Shown here piece after piece: positions 36,975 through 48,800 of a DNA stretch of 64,000 bases; positions within the stretch are counted from its first letter, which is position 1, and every line of letters starts with the position of its first letter. The DNA comes from Macrostomum lignano (Eukaryota). The position numbers and the translations under genes were made by a program. The stretch spans positions 558,001 to 622,000 of the forward strand of contig NIVC01000197.1 of NCBI GenBank assembly GCA_002269645.1. The letters are read 5' to 3'. The notes under the pieces were generated by a model. The model was given only the letters and a program-made list of their open reading frames with translations, was not told where the DNA came from and did not search any database.

Positions 36975-39089
36975 CTTTATACATTGCGTGATATCATGGT
37001 GTTCTACGTGATGTCATACCGTCGGCCGGACGCGATGTAATTTACAAATGCCCAATTCGCCGGAGACATCTACTGAGATTGCATACCGCGCCCGTCGCCC
37101 CGGTTTTATGAGATTGCATCCACGACTATTGGCCGCCAAGGTGATGACCCTGTGGTAACACCGCAGCGAAGATGCGATCGTAGACTGTTGCCTCACTCAC
37201 TCTGGGCTCATTGCCTCCAAAATACTGGATCGATCTCCTACGCCGCTGCCGTGTCGCACCATCCGTGGCAACCTCCGCAACCTCAGCAACTCCGTCTTTC
37301 AGTGCCAATTAATCTTAACATATTCCCGTCATCTGCGACCGAAATTCTCTCCATCAATTTAACAACCACCATTCATTCCGCCATCGTTCGTGAGCATATC
37401 GCGCTCTTTGATCATCAACCTGATGAGGACGCACTTTTTCCCAAATCCCGCGCTAGCACATGGGCTCTAAACTTACTTGCCTACTAACAGTGGGCAGTGG
37501 GCATTTTTATCCTTTTCTGCGAATTTTCATAGAATCTATACTAGATATAATGTCTGGCCATACTAGTAGTCAAAATAACATAGGCGCAGCTTTTTGGGTC
37601 ATAAATCATCGCTTTCGAAGCTGGTCTGACAGCCACCTGCGCCTCACTCAGTGTTGAGGCGGGCGCCAGATGGTCTGAGAGGATGCGGGCGGTAGCTTTT
37701 TTCTCATCATTTTGACAGGCCATCAAGATTTATGAGGTAAGAGCCTATTGTTCGTGTTCACTCAAGCGTGTGACAGCTTTGACAGCTATGCGTTTTACCC
37801 CTAAAAGTACCTTGGGATTAGCGATTAGCAATTTCTCTTCACCTCCTGGGAACTTGGTCTAGCTGGAGACCTCCCGGAGCCTGACCGTCGTTTCTTGATC
37901 CCCGGATTGCGACTTCCCCCCATCATCATCAAGGACGAGTCCCCCGGTCATCAGCAGCGAACATCAAGTGAAGAGCATCACCTGCTAGCTAACAGCGAAG
38001 AGTGTGACAGCATCATCCCGAGTCTACAGCTGCAGAGCATCAAGCCGATACGGTCACTGTGGATTACCTGGTCCCCGGCTGTTGAGTTTCTGATTGGTTG
38101 GGTGAGAGGCTACCTAGACTTGCTTGATTGGGTGATCCCTTATCTGTCCCCTGTTTCAGTAGCTGAATTAGGCGCACACTTTTGCTCTTTTTGTTCAGTA
38201 GTGCTGTTGCTGAGGCAGAGATCATTCAATAATACTGCTAGTAGTCTAAAACTCCAATTCAATCTGAAGTGTGAAGCGAACTAAGGAGAAGGTTAAATCT
38301 AACAGTTATTTTTATCGGTTTTATTTCTTTGTTCGCCGATGGCTCAGATGAGTAGCTAAGCTAGTAGGCGCCGGTCACAGTGGACCAATGGCAAGGCAGC
38401 TCTCAGTCGATCAATCTATCAAATCAGTGAGCAAAACTGCCAGGAGTGCAGAATCGGCGCCAGAGATGTACCCTGTGCACTCTAGATTCGCCAAGCGGCT
38501 CGGGTAAATGAATCATGCGGTCTCTGAAGTTCGAGTTAGTCTATCATCAGCGCTATGAGAGGCTAGTTGGCGCGTTGAAGGCCAAAAGTACATATCTTCG
38601 TATTTAGCAATGTAATAGTACATGTAGCTAACCCATAGACTCGCCACTGCAAGAATCCCCTGCACAAGTCCCCTCTGTACCTGCATGGCCAATGCGATCT
38701 AGTCCCAGCAGTGTCCCTTATCATCGGCTATGACTTCGAGATTGACAGCAAAAAGACACTAGTTGGCAGGTAAGTGCAAAGCCCCTTCTAGTCGGAAGCC
38801 CGATTTCGAGAGTCCCGGTGTGGTGAGCCAGGGCGCACGGGCTGGTGGCAGCAAGTTAGTTGATCTGCGGATTAGCTAATTTCTACTTTCAAAATTCTCC
38901 CTGCTCGTCTCTCGCTGTCCCTCTCTTAGCTATAGGACCTAGACTGCTCGCCACACGATCAAGCTACCATGGGGCTGACCATCTGACAGGAGTGGGGGGC
39001 CAGGACTCTAATTGATTTATTTCTGAGCCTGAGGCCCGAAGGCTTCCCTAACAAGGAGCCCGAAGGTCGAAACCCATCAAACCCTTATG

Positions 39090-39330
39090 CTGGTCACCGC
39101 CCCCCCCCCACCATCGACATCACCGAGTAGCTTCTCAACCGGCGCCAAAAGAACCACCCTCGCCCAGCTGCGCTCGGTCACTGCAAATTCTGGCAACCTA
39201 CACGGCAAAACCCGACTCTTCGATCTCTCGCTCGCCGCCGTTGCAGTAGCACAGCCAGCAGAATCGGTCGACCACATTTCAACTGCTCCGATTTTCCCAC
39301 CGATTCCGGTACTGCAGCTAGCCCTCTAAT
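39090..39330 (+). mobile_element. Possible decayed 3' end of an RTE-clade LINE
   Basis: Frameshifted fragments PPIDITE*LLNRR...LGHC...FWQPT-HGK resemble the RTE C-terminal pattern LP.I...IR.RRL.L.GHC...LWQP.HG. Short and degenerate. Confidence 0.3.
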
Positions 39331-39996
39331 TGGTCCTCCGATCCCTTGTGCTTTTTTAGACTTGCACTCTCTTGCTTGAAATCGATCCCCCAGTTTGATT
39401 TTCCATCGATCGCAGTTAGTTTGAACTTTGATACAACTTTTGTCAACTCGCATTCTCCCAGTCCAGCAGTCCAACGAGAGCAGAGTCAAACGAGAATAGT
39501 AATCACTGAATAGTTACAGTCCTATAATAAATTATCACAACTCAAACGGAATTTAATGCACAGGAACTATGCATGCATGAAGTTTTAATGTTGGTTTCAT
39601 TTATAATAATGGCAATGTCCAGGTGAAGTATTGCGTGGAAATTTTCAGCACCAGAGAGCAAATTCAACTCGAATCTTATATCCTAAAAATGAGTTGTCCA
39701 TCTGTCCATATGTGATTTATCAATCTAGATCCACTTAAGAGATAGGAATTCATCAGTAGTTAGTTACCTAGCTATCAGTTATCCAACCTATCCAATTATA
39801 AAAATTAATTCCTGTCGCAAGCTCTAATTTTGTTTAAGGATGTTTATCTCATGGGGGATATGTTTACTTGTAAAAAAAACCATGATGTTTGTTGGTTTAG
39901 ATTAGAAGTTTAGAGTTTTGTTATTTTCGAATATCGATTTGAATATCGCACGGGAAAATAAACCTGCGTCAAGTGCTATATAGCTAGGCTAAGCTA

Positions 39997-41357
39997 TGGG
40001 TCCTGCTATTCTGCGGATCCGGAAACGGAACCGGATCCGGAAAAGAGTGCTAAACTGCGGAATCTGGCGGAATCCGGAATCAACTACTAAAATGCGGAAT
40101 CACAGGGCGGAATATGGAATCAGCAGTAGAATTAGTTATACTAATATATACTAACAGACTAATGGGCAATTTAATTTGTCCAATTATAGAAAAACGTATA
40201 ACAGTATAACGCCAAAAATGCAGATTTATATGCACAAATTAAGACTGTCAAGTTCAATGCGGAATTTTCCGCGAAAAACTAATCGAGCGTATGCCAGCCA
40301 AAGTTTCGCGGAACCTTAAAGAACCTATTTTTGAGCTCTTGTATTACTAATTTAATTTAATTTTCATTTTCTAGGATTCGTAGAAGTCGCCTATAGAGTG
40401 GTATGATTTTGTATGAGGATATGGCGAATTATTACATTTTATATACTAAATTATTATTACTAGGGCCTAATTATTACGAAGAGCTTGCGTACACGGCGGC
40501 CGTGCACGTAATGCTATGCTTGCGTGCACGGCGGGCGTGCATAAGATAGTTAGATAGGCATTATTTGCGTGAACGACGGATGTTCTAATTGCATGCACGG
40601 TGGCAGCCGTCGCGAATACTTTGCAACTAGTATAACTGGTGGCTTGCGTCTGAGGTTTAAAGTACACAAATTAAGACCAATATATTATAACAAACTTATA
40701 GTTGTTTTGTTATCGACATCGTTAGAGTAAGTTCCGTGTTATTTATTTATATAATAAAACTTATGTTTCATTTATATATTCTCTAGCATAAGAACAATAA
40801 ATGCGTTAATAAAAAAGTAATATTTCTGTCCGCCGTGCACGCAAGCATATGCATTACGTGCACGGCAGCCGTTCACGTAATTCTTATATTATATGCACGG
40901 CGGCCGTGCACGCAAGCTCTTCGAAATTATTATTCGGTAGTATATGCATTATTATACATTAGCATCACTACAATTGCCATACCTGCTCAATCTTACTGAA
41001 ATCAGGAACTACAATTATACTGCTACCACCGATCAATATCTACATATACCAAATCTCTAAGCATTTTACAGTGTATATACTAAATTCTTAAAATGAAACT
41101 ATAAGCCTAGTTTGAAAGCTTATAGTGTTAAGCCAGTTTACGTTGACCCTGATAAGAATCCACTTGCAAGCGTCATCTGTAGTTAGCAATAATTGACTGA
41201 CATAAATTTTACTTGCACTTAAATTCGGGATTTCATGGTTTACAAGTTTCATTTTAACAAATTCTACTGCTGATTCCATATTCCGCCCTGTGATTCCGCA
41301 TTTTGCACTCTTTTCCGGATCCGGTTCCGTTTCCGGATCCGCAGAATAGCAGGAGCC
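39997..41357. mobile_element. Non-autonomous hAT-like element with long TIRs and an 8-bp TSD (CTAAGCTA)
   Basis: Left end ...TCCTGCTATTCTGCGGATCCGGAAACGGAACCGGATCCGGAAAAGAGTGC...AAAATGCGGAATCACAGGGCGGAATATGGAATCAGCAGTAGAATT is mirrored at about 41258-41357. CTAAGCTA occurs at 39989-39996 and 41358-41365. Confidence 0.8.
40477..40923. mobile_element. 447-bp MITE nested inside the previous element
   Basis: TIR CGAAGAGCTTGCGT(A/G)CACGGC(G/C)GCCGTGCA at both ends, internal GTGCACGGC motifs, and flanking (T/A)AATTATTA direct repeats. Confidence 0.8.
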
Positions 41358-41602
41358 CTAAGCTATAGCTAGTTCACCTAGTTAGTGCATTCGAATTCGA
41401 TCGATTCGAATACGATTGCTTCGAGTTGTATAATACTCATGCAACATCTACATTTTATTAAAAAATCGATTTTGTTGTTATCTGAAAAAGATACATGCAA
41501 CTTTTGCTTTAATATAAAATCAGAGTAGAACAAGACTATGGCAGGGTGTTGTTAAGGCTAAGGCTAGGCCTAAGGCATGATAACTGATAGTATACTTTTG
41601 AT

Positions 41603-42446
41603 GGTATCCACGCTTTTCGGTGCCTGTGCTTTTGGGTGCCCGTCATTTCGGTGCCCCAGCTTGCTTTTCAGTGCCCAAATTATACTCGTACATTAAAATT
41701 GGACACAAATTATAGAGATTGAGCCCTAATTAAGCAGTAAGTGCTTTCTCTTTGCAGTACTTATTTACTTTAAAAAAAAGGTATAAGTTAGTTAACCTGA
41801 CCTACTGTTTTAATTCAAAAAATGGTTTTCGATTACTCGATTCAATTTACTTCATGTCGCTATAGCCGCGCGTCTCAGCCGCGTAAAAATTTTAAACTAG
41901 TGCCCCAAATGCGCTTGTAATAAAATATTATAGATTATGGTCCAATAGTTATGGCCAAAAAGATTTCAGTTCATTAAATAATACTCGCTTCATTTCCTAG
42001 GCAGTTTTATGAAATAAAACATGATCGGGTGATTCAAAAAATCAATACTTAACTAAAATACATGTAGACTTGTCACATTTCATAATTTCGATCAAAACTA
42101 CATGTAGCATCGTTGATGGATTTCAACTTTCCTAACTAAGTCTTCATAGCACTAGCACGCTTGCTGAGTGCAGCCAGCTTGTATTGTATATACAGGATAC
42201 AGCAAATGTATGCAATTAAATTGAACGGATTTTTCCAATCTAAAGGAAGGTGCCAGCTTAACAAAATTAATACTGCTTTTATTAGGAATATCGAACGTTT
42301 TGTAAAGTATTTATTATATTTGTTATAGGATTTTTTTATTATCATCATTTTGGCGTAAAATTAACTGGGGCACCGAAAGGCAATCTGGGCACCGAAATGC
42401 CGGGCACCGAATTAAAGCACGGGCAACGAAATGAAATGCATGGTTC
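41603..42446. mobile_element. ~840-bp MITE-like element with ~80-bp imperfect TIRs built from TTCGGTGCCC subrepeats
   Basis: 41603-41680 aligns with the reverse complement of 42360-42446. No clear TSD. Confidence 0.65.
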
Positions 42447-42836
42447 AAACCCTTTTGAGGGGGGCCTTTATATCATATAAAATGCCTAAACTAGGCCTAT
42501 AGAACTATGAGGATGGGTCCTAGGTCTAATCTTCTTCTGGCAGAAGTTTATTTGTAATTATTTTTGTAATTTTCATTTTTCAAGACCTAATTATGTTGGC
42601 CTAAGAGCCTATTAAGTCTAAGTAACAATTTGTATCAATGGAGAATTTCGACATATTATTATTTCAACATTCGTTGTTATTTTCTGACATAGGAGGCCTA
42701 GTCAAGAATTGTATGTAGGCTTTATGGCGATCCTACAGTTTTCCGCTTTTTATTATATTTCGAAAAATTATGGCACAGCAGGAATAAGAAATGACAATAA
42801 ACTTATATTTATAGTCACTCATGATAGTCACAACAG

Positions 42837-43234
42837 TTAACATGGATAATAATGGCGTATCCAATACAACATGTTCCTGAATTGATGCTCTTGGAACAGC
42901 TGGCGCCATAAAAACTCTTGGAGGTATGTCTTGAAGACTCGAACAGGCCATCCGCAGTACCATGCACTGCCTGGTACAGTACTTGGCCTTGCAGTTGGCC
43001 CATGCACCCTCAATGGTGTTTGTATAGATGGTAGGATCATTGGGGTCGACAACTGGATAGAGTGATTAGCCCATAACAACTGAGCCAGTGCATTGCCGAT
43101 TGTGTGTCTGGTATCACTATCAGTAGTACCAGCTCCCAATGACTGACATCCAGGGCAGCCAATGCATTGGCAAGTTCAATTTCTGCAGGTGGGATGACTG
43201 TTGTTGGTGCAGGTGGATGACCACGACCAGCCAC
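42837..43234 (-). pseudogene. Internally deleted Merlin (IS1595/ISXO2-like) transposase
   Basis: N-terminal part (GTG start) AGRGHPPAPTT...DTQSAMHWLSCYGL is fused through frameshifts to C-terminal NHS...VDPNDPTIYTNTIEGAWANCKAK...HGT...YLQEFLWRQLFQEHQFRNMLYWIRHYYPC*. These are the Merlin C-terminal motifs (VDP...HTNTIE..W...K; YL.EF.WR). Confidence 0.8.
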
Positions 43235-44057
43235 TGTGGCTTATCTGAAATGTAGAAAAAAGCCAAAAAATAATTAAAAGTGGAAAACTGTAGGATTGCT
43301 GGCTTTATTAGATTAGGGCTAGGCCCTAGTCCTAATAGGCCTATATGAAATAATATAATACTATAGCCAATAGGGATAGGCCCCTATACTTGACTTATAG
43401 TTCGACCTAATATATTCCTATATAATTGTAAATAATATAGTTTATAAATATAAATAGAATATAATTTATTGACTTAGTTTGGCTAGACACAGGCCTAGCC
43501 ATTGTCTATATGACTATACTATATAGTCTATTGCCATTGCCCATTTGGCCTAACCTAATAAGCTCTGTCATAGCCACTAGGTTGGTATTAATTTTTCTTT
43601 TTGGATACTTTGTGATCTAGCTACTTTTTTCATTGGACCACATATCATCCACTTTAGAGATTAGGTTAATTTATAATTTAACTATAAAATTTAATCACTT
43701 GTCAATTATATTATACTAATTTATTATTTGAAAGATATAATTTAAGGGATATAGGATACAAAATAGTAAATTATAAGTCCTAAACTAGAAAAAATCGTTT
43801 AGGCCTACTTCTAGGTATAAATCTAGGACTTAACTTTGCTTGAGTATCAAAAAAAAACAAAAAGCTCAAAACCAGTATTAAATAATTTTTTAAAGATGTA
43901 TTTAGTTTGCATTGACCATTTTCAAGCATTTTATTGGCCAAGCTGTGAACAAATCAAAGATTTGACTTTGATTAAGTATTGAAAGAAACAGGAAGCTGAA
44001 AATCAGTATTAGATAATTTATTCTATAATAATTTGGTCTATATTGACCACTATAATA

Positions 44058-45298
44058 TTTAGTTGAAAGGAAAGTTCTTGCCAATTTTAAGAATTTAAAT
44101 TGTATTGAGTTTTTATTGAACTAAAGCAACTTTACACAATGAAGTAATTGCCATCATATTTGATGACTTTCTGCTATCATTTGTGTAGCAGACCCATGAT
44201 ACCACCCTTATAGTCATAGAAGTTAGCTGGTTTTGAGGCGAAGAAGTTGTCCAGCCAGATGTTGAGTTCATGCTTATCATTGAATGATTTCTCAGACATG
44301 GCGCTAAACAGGGATATGAACAAGTGGTAATCAGATAATGCAAGGTCCAGTGAATAAGGTGGGTAGGGTAAAACCTCCTAGCCCAGATCAAGCAGCTTCT
44401 GCCAAGTAACCTTTGCCATGTATGGCTGTGCATTGTTGTGAAGAAAATGGACCAGATCATGATTTAGGCACTTTTCTTTGATCTTTGTTGCCAAATCATC
44501 CAGTTGCTAACAGTACTTGTCAGGTTTGGTGGCAGCAGCTCATGGTGAATGACGCCATTGCAGTCCCACCAGATATCAAGCATCACTTTCCAAGGGTGCA
44601 GTGGTGCTTTCAGTTGGGGTTTTGGCACTTCATTTTTGTCTACCCACAAAGCATGGCATTGCACATTGTATATAAACACCACTTTTCGTCACCCATCACT
44701 ATGGATGTTATCCAATGGGTTGTGCAATGGTAGGACAGAAAAAAACATTGCAGCATCAGTGCAATGCCGATGGTCAAACTCAGTAAGGTTATGGGGTACC
44801 CATTGTGCCCACTTATATACCTACCCAGCAGGCAAAGGTGATCAATGATGGTGGTCTAGTGTACCCCAAGGACATCTGCCATTTGATGCGAGGTTCAGCA
44901 GGGATCAACTTCTACAAGCTGGTGCAGCTGCTCATCATCTAACCCCGATGGTCAACCTGATCGGGGCTGAACTTCAAGTTCAAAGTTTCCATTGCAGAAA
45001 CAAGTGAACTAGTCCCGGGCAGTTCTGTTGGACATGGTACCCTCTCCAAATGCAGAATTAGTGTGACGTGCTGATGCATTAAGCCCAGATTTAAAGTTGT
45101 AGAGCAAACATCTACAAATATAGAGTTTTGAAATTTCCAATTTTTCAGGCGCTATTCTGAAGAAAGTAGAAGGCAATGACTATGACATGATTCCCACCTA
45201 TACTTCTTTATAATCCAGCAATGGAAGGTTCTAGAACTTTAAAATTTTCTTTGCACTATATTTTTCTAGAATTGGCAAGAACTTTCCCTTCAACTGAA
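44058..45298 (-). mobile_element. Full-length (~1.24 kb) inactivated mariner element with TIRs and a TA TSD
   Basis: TA+TTTAGTTGAAAGGAAAGTTCTTGCCAAT at 44056-44085 versus ATTGGCAAGAACTTTCCCTTCAACTGAA+TA at 45271-45300 (2 mismatches). The minus strand holds, in order, AFGEGT, PRSG.P, WVPHNL, GDEKW, KVML.IWWD..GVIH.ELL, H.NAQP and LP.PPYS.DLA.SDYHLF, with many stops and frameshifts. Confidence 0.92.
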
Positions 45299-45563
45299 TA
45301 TATAGTACTAATGCATATCTATCCTATGTAAGAATTTAATGCTCTAGCATTTATGGCAAGCAATATATAGCTTATGCCAACCCCCAAATCCTAGATTAAA
45401 ATTTGTAGTTTTTATGTTTATCTTGTCTTTATATGATAAACCCATTGGTTTATAAATTTTAGTGAAACTATTATCTAAATTATAGACAAATTATCAGGTT
45501 ATAAAATTTGCAAAGTTGGTTAGTTTGTTAAGTTATAAAAAACTTTTACTTAGTTTAACTAAT

Positions 45564-45811
45564 AGCTCAGCCACCACTATTATATGGTGCAATTGAAGGC
45601 TGCATATGGCTTTTCAGTCCAAGGACTGGAGGGTATCATATACCCCCCTTAATTACCCCAGCTAATGCTGGTACCCATTTTATGGCTGGGTGAACTGAAG
45701 CAATGCAGAGTTAAGTATCTTGTTTAAAGACACAAATTGTTCCCGTGGGATTGGGAATCGAACCTTCAACCTTCAATTTGTGAGTTTGACACTAACCACT
45801 AGGCTACAACC
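45564..45811 (-). mobile_element. tRNA-derived CORE-like SINE, copy 3
   Basis: Same head (AGGCTACAACC on +) and body (AGTCCAAGGACTGG...TTACCCCAGCTAATGCTGG.ACCCATTTT) as copies 1 and 2. Confidence 0.85.
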
Positions 45812-45848
45812 TGTAGAACCCCTTAAGTGTTAAAGAATAAGACTTATA

Positions 45849-48800
45849 ATGCCAATAGGTCTCAGGTAACAATACTTGTTGGGTATTATTTAGAAGCTTA
45901 TTAGTCATTTACCAGTGACTTATTGGGGTATTATCCAGTTTATGGCTTGGCAAAAAGGGCAATCCAATTGGCTCCCAAATTTCTCCAGGAGTTGTCCGAC
46001 GCTCTGGCTCAGGACTGCAGCTCCGGCCTCTCAGCTGCTGGGGCCAGTGGCAACAATGGCGCTGTCGCATCACTAGCCAACAGTGGTGGTGGCAGCGGTG
46101 ATGGAGCGTCATCCAGCAGCAGTCAGCCTGGAAGCACAGTGATAGTCAACTACCTGCCCTCCAGTATAGGCAATAACGAGCTTAAGAAACTATTCGAATC
46201 TGTTGGGCCAACTACTAACTCTATTGTTGTTCGAGATCGAATCACTAAGGAGTCGAAATGCTTCGGCTTCGTCTCCTACGAGTCGCCTAACGACGCTGAG
46301 CGCGCGGTCGAAGTGTTGAACGGTCGCCTAATTCAGGACAAATGCATTCGGGTTGGCATCGCCATACCACAGCAGGAGCTGGGCCACACGGGTTTGTCTG
46401 ATGTCTTTTATTTACCTACAGTCACAATTCCGGATTGTCATGATTTTGTGATTGCCATCAATCGCTGGCATTCACGGAGAGCCTCCATCTCTAGTCAGTC
46501 TCCATCTCTAGTCAGCCTCCATCTCTAGTCAGTCTCCATCTCTAGTCAGCCTCCATCTCTAGTCAGTCTCCATCTCTAGTCAGCCTCCATCTCTAGTCAG
46601 TCTCCATCTCTAGTCAGTCTCCATCTCTAATCAGCCTCCATCTCTAGTCAGTCTCCATCTCTAGTCAGCCTCCATCTCTAGTCAGCCTCCATCTCTAGTC
46701 AGTCACAGAGGGCTCCATCTCTAGTCAGCCTCCATCTCTAGTCAGTCACAGAGGGCTCCATCTCTAGTCAGCCTCCATCTCTAGTCAGTCACAGAGGGCT
46801 CCATCTCTAGTCAGTCACAGAGGGCTCCATCTCTAGTCAGTCACAGAGGGCTCCATCTCTAGTCAGCCTCCATCTCTAGTCAGCCTCCATCTCTAGTCAG
46901 CCTCCATCTCTAGTCAGTCACAGAGGGCTCCATCTCTAGTCAGCCTCCATCTCTAGTCAGTCACAGAGGGCTCCATCTCTAGTCAGCCTCCATCTCTAGT
47001 CAGCCTCCATCTCTAGTCAGTCACAGAGGGCTCCATCTCTAGTCAGTCACAGAGGGCCTCCATCTCGAGTCAACCTCCATCTCTAGTCATTCGCAGAGGG
47101 CCTCCATCTCTAGTCAGCCTCCATCTCTAGTCAGTCACAGAGGGCCTCCATCTCTAGTCAGCCTCCATCTCTAATCAGCCTCCATCTCTAGTCAGCCTCC
47201 ATCTTTAGTCAGACTCCATCTCTAGTCAGCCTCCATCTCTAGTCAGCCTCCATCTCTAGTCAGACTCCATCTCTAGTCAGCCTCCATCTCTAGTCAGACT
47301 CCATCTCTAGTTAGCCTCCATCTCTAGTCAGCCTCCATCTCTAGTCAGCCTCCATCTCTAGTCAGCCTCCATCTCTAGTCAGACTCCATCTCTAGTCAGC
47401 CTCCATCTCTAGTCAGCCTCCATCTCTAGTCAGCCTCCATCTCTAATCAGCCTCCATCTCTAGTCAGTCTCCATCTCTAGTCAGCCTCCATCTCTAGTCA
47501 GCCTCCATCTCTAGTCAGCCTCCATCTCTAGTCAGCCTCCATCTCTAGTCAGTCACAGAGGGCTCCATCTCTAGTCAGTCACAGAGGGCCTCCATCTCTA
47601 GTCAGTCACAGAGGGCCTCCATCTCGAGTCAACCTCCATCTCTAGTCATTCGCAGAGGGCCTCCATCTCTAGTCAGCCTCCATCTCTAGTCAGTCACAGA
47701 GGGCCTCCATCTCTAGTCAGACTCCATCTCTAGTCAGCCTCCATCTCTAATCAGCCTCCATCTCTAGTCAGCCACCATCTCTAGTCAGACTCCATCTCTA
47801 GTCAGCCTCCATCTCTAGTCAGCCTCCATCTCTAGTCAGCCTCCATCTCTAGTCAGCCTCCATCTCTAGTCAGACTCCATCTCTAGTCAGCCTCCATCTC
47901 TAGTCAGACTCCATCTCTAGTTAGCCTCCATCTCTAGTCAGACTCCATCTCTAGTCAGCCTCCATCTCTAGTCAGTCACAGAGGGCCTCCATCTCTAGTC
48001 AGTCACAGAGGCCTCCATCTCTAGTCAGTCACAGAGGGCCTCCATCTCTAGTCAGTCACAGAGGGCTCCATTTCTAGTCAGTCACAGAGGGCCTCCATCT
48101 CTAGTCAGTCACAGAGGGCCTCCATTTCTAGTCATTCGCTGAGTTTCCCCTCTGCTCACCCAGTGAGTGCGGAGTCTGCGGACACCTCATCAGTCCCAAG
48201 TGCACCTGTTCATATCACACCCAAACGCACTGGCAGGCAAGCTGTACGTGGCCGGCTTCCCGGCCTACTGGAACGACAACGAGCTGATGGCGGCATTCAA
48301 GCCCTACGGCCGTATCCTGAGCTCGCGGGTGCTCATCGACCCCAGCACTGGCTTGTCCAAGTGCTCCGGTTTTGTGAACTTTGAAAGCTACCACTGCGCT
48401 GAGGAAGCCGCAAAAGAGCTGCAGGGCAAAGAGTTTGATAAACACGTCATCAAGATTCAGCTGCACAAGCCTGGCGGCGGCGAAGGCATGGGCGCTGGTC
48501 AGAGCGTCGGTCTTGGTGCCAGCAGCGGCCAAAGTAGCGGCCAGGGCGGACATGCGGAGGAGAATCCGGCAGACTGCAATCTGATGGTGAACTTCCTGCC
48601 GGCCGCATTCACAGACGAGGATCTGCGCGACCTGTTTGAAACCATTGGCCAGCTGCGCAGCTCGAAAATTGTTCGCACGCCTGAGGGCGAGTCCAAGTGC
48701 TTCGGCTTTGTCACTTATGTGGCACCGCAGGACGCGGCTAAAGCATCTATTGAGCTTACTGGCCGCCTGATTCAGGGCAAGAAGCTCAAGGTGCAATTTG

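Noticed and set aside
35480-38300. Scattered coding-like stretches and short ORFs
   Set aside because: Multiple stops in all frames and no motif I could assign with confidence.
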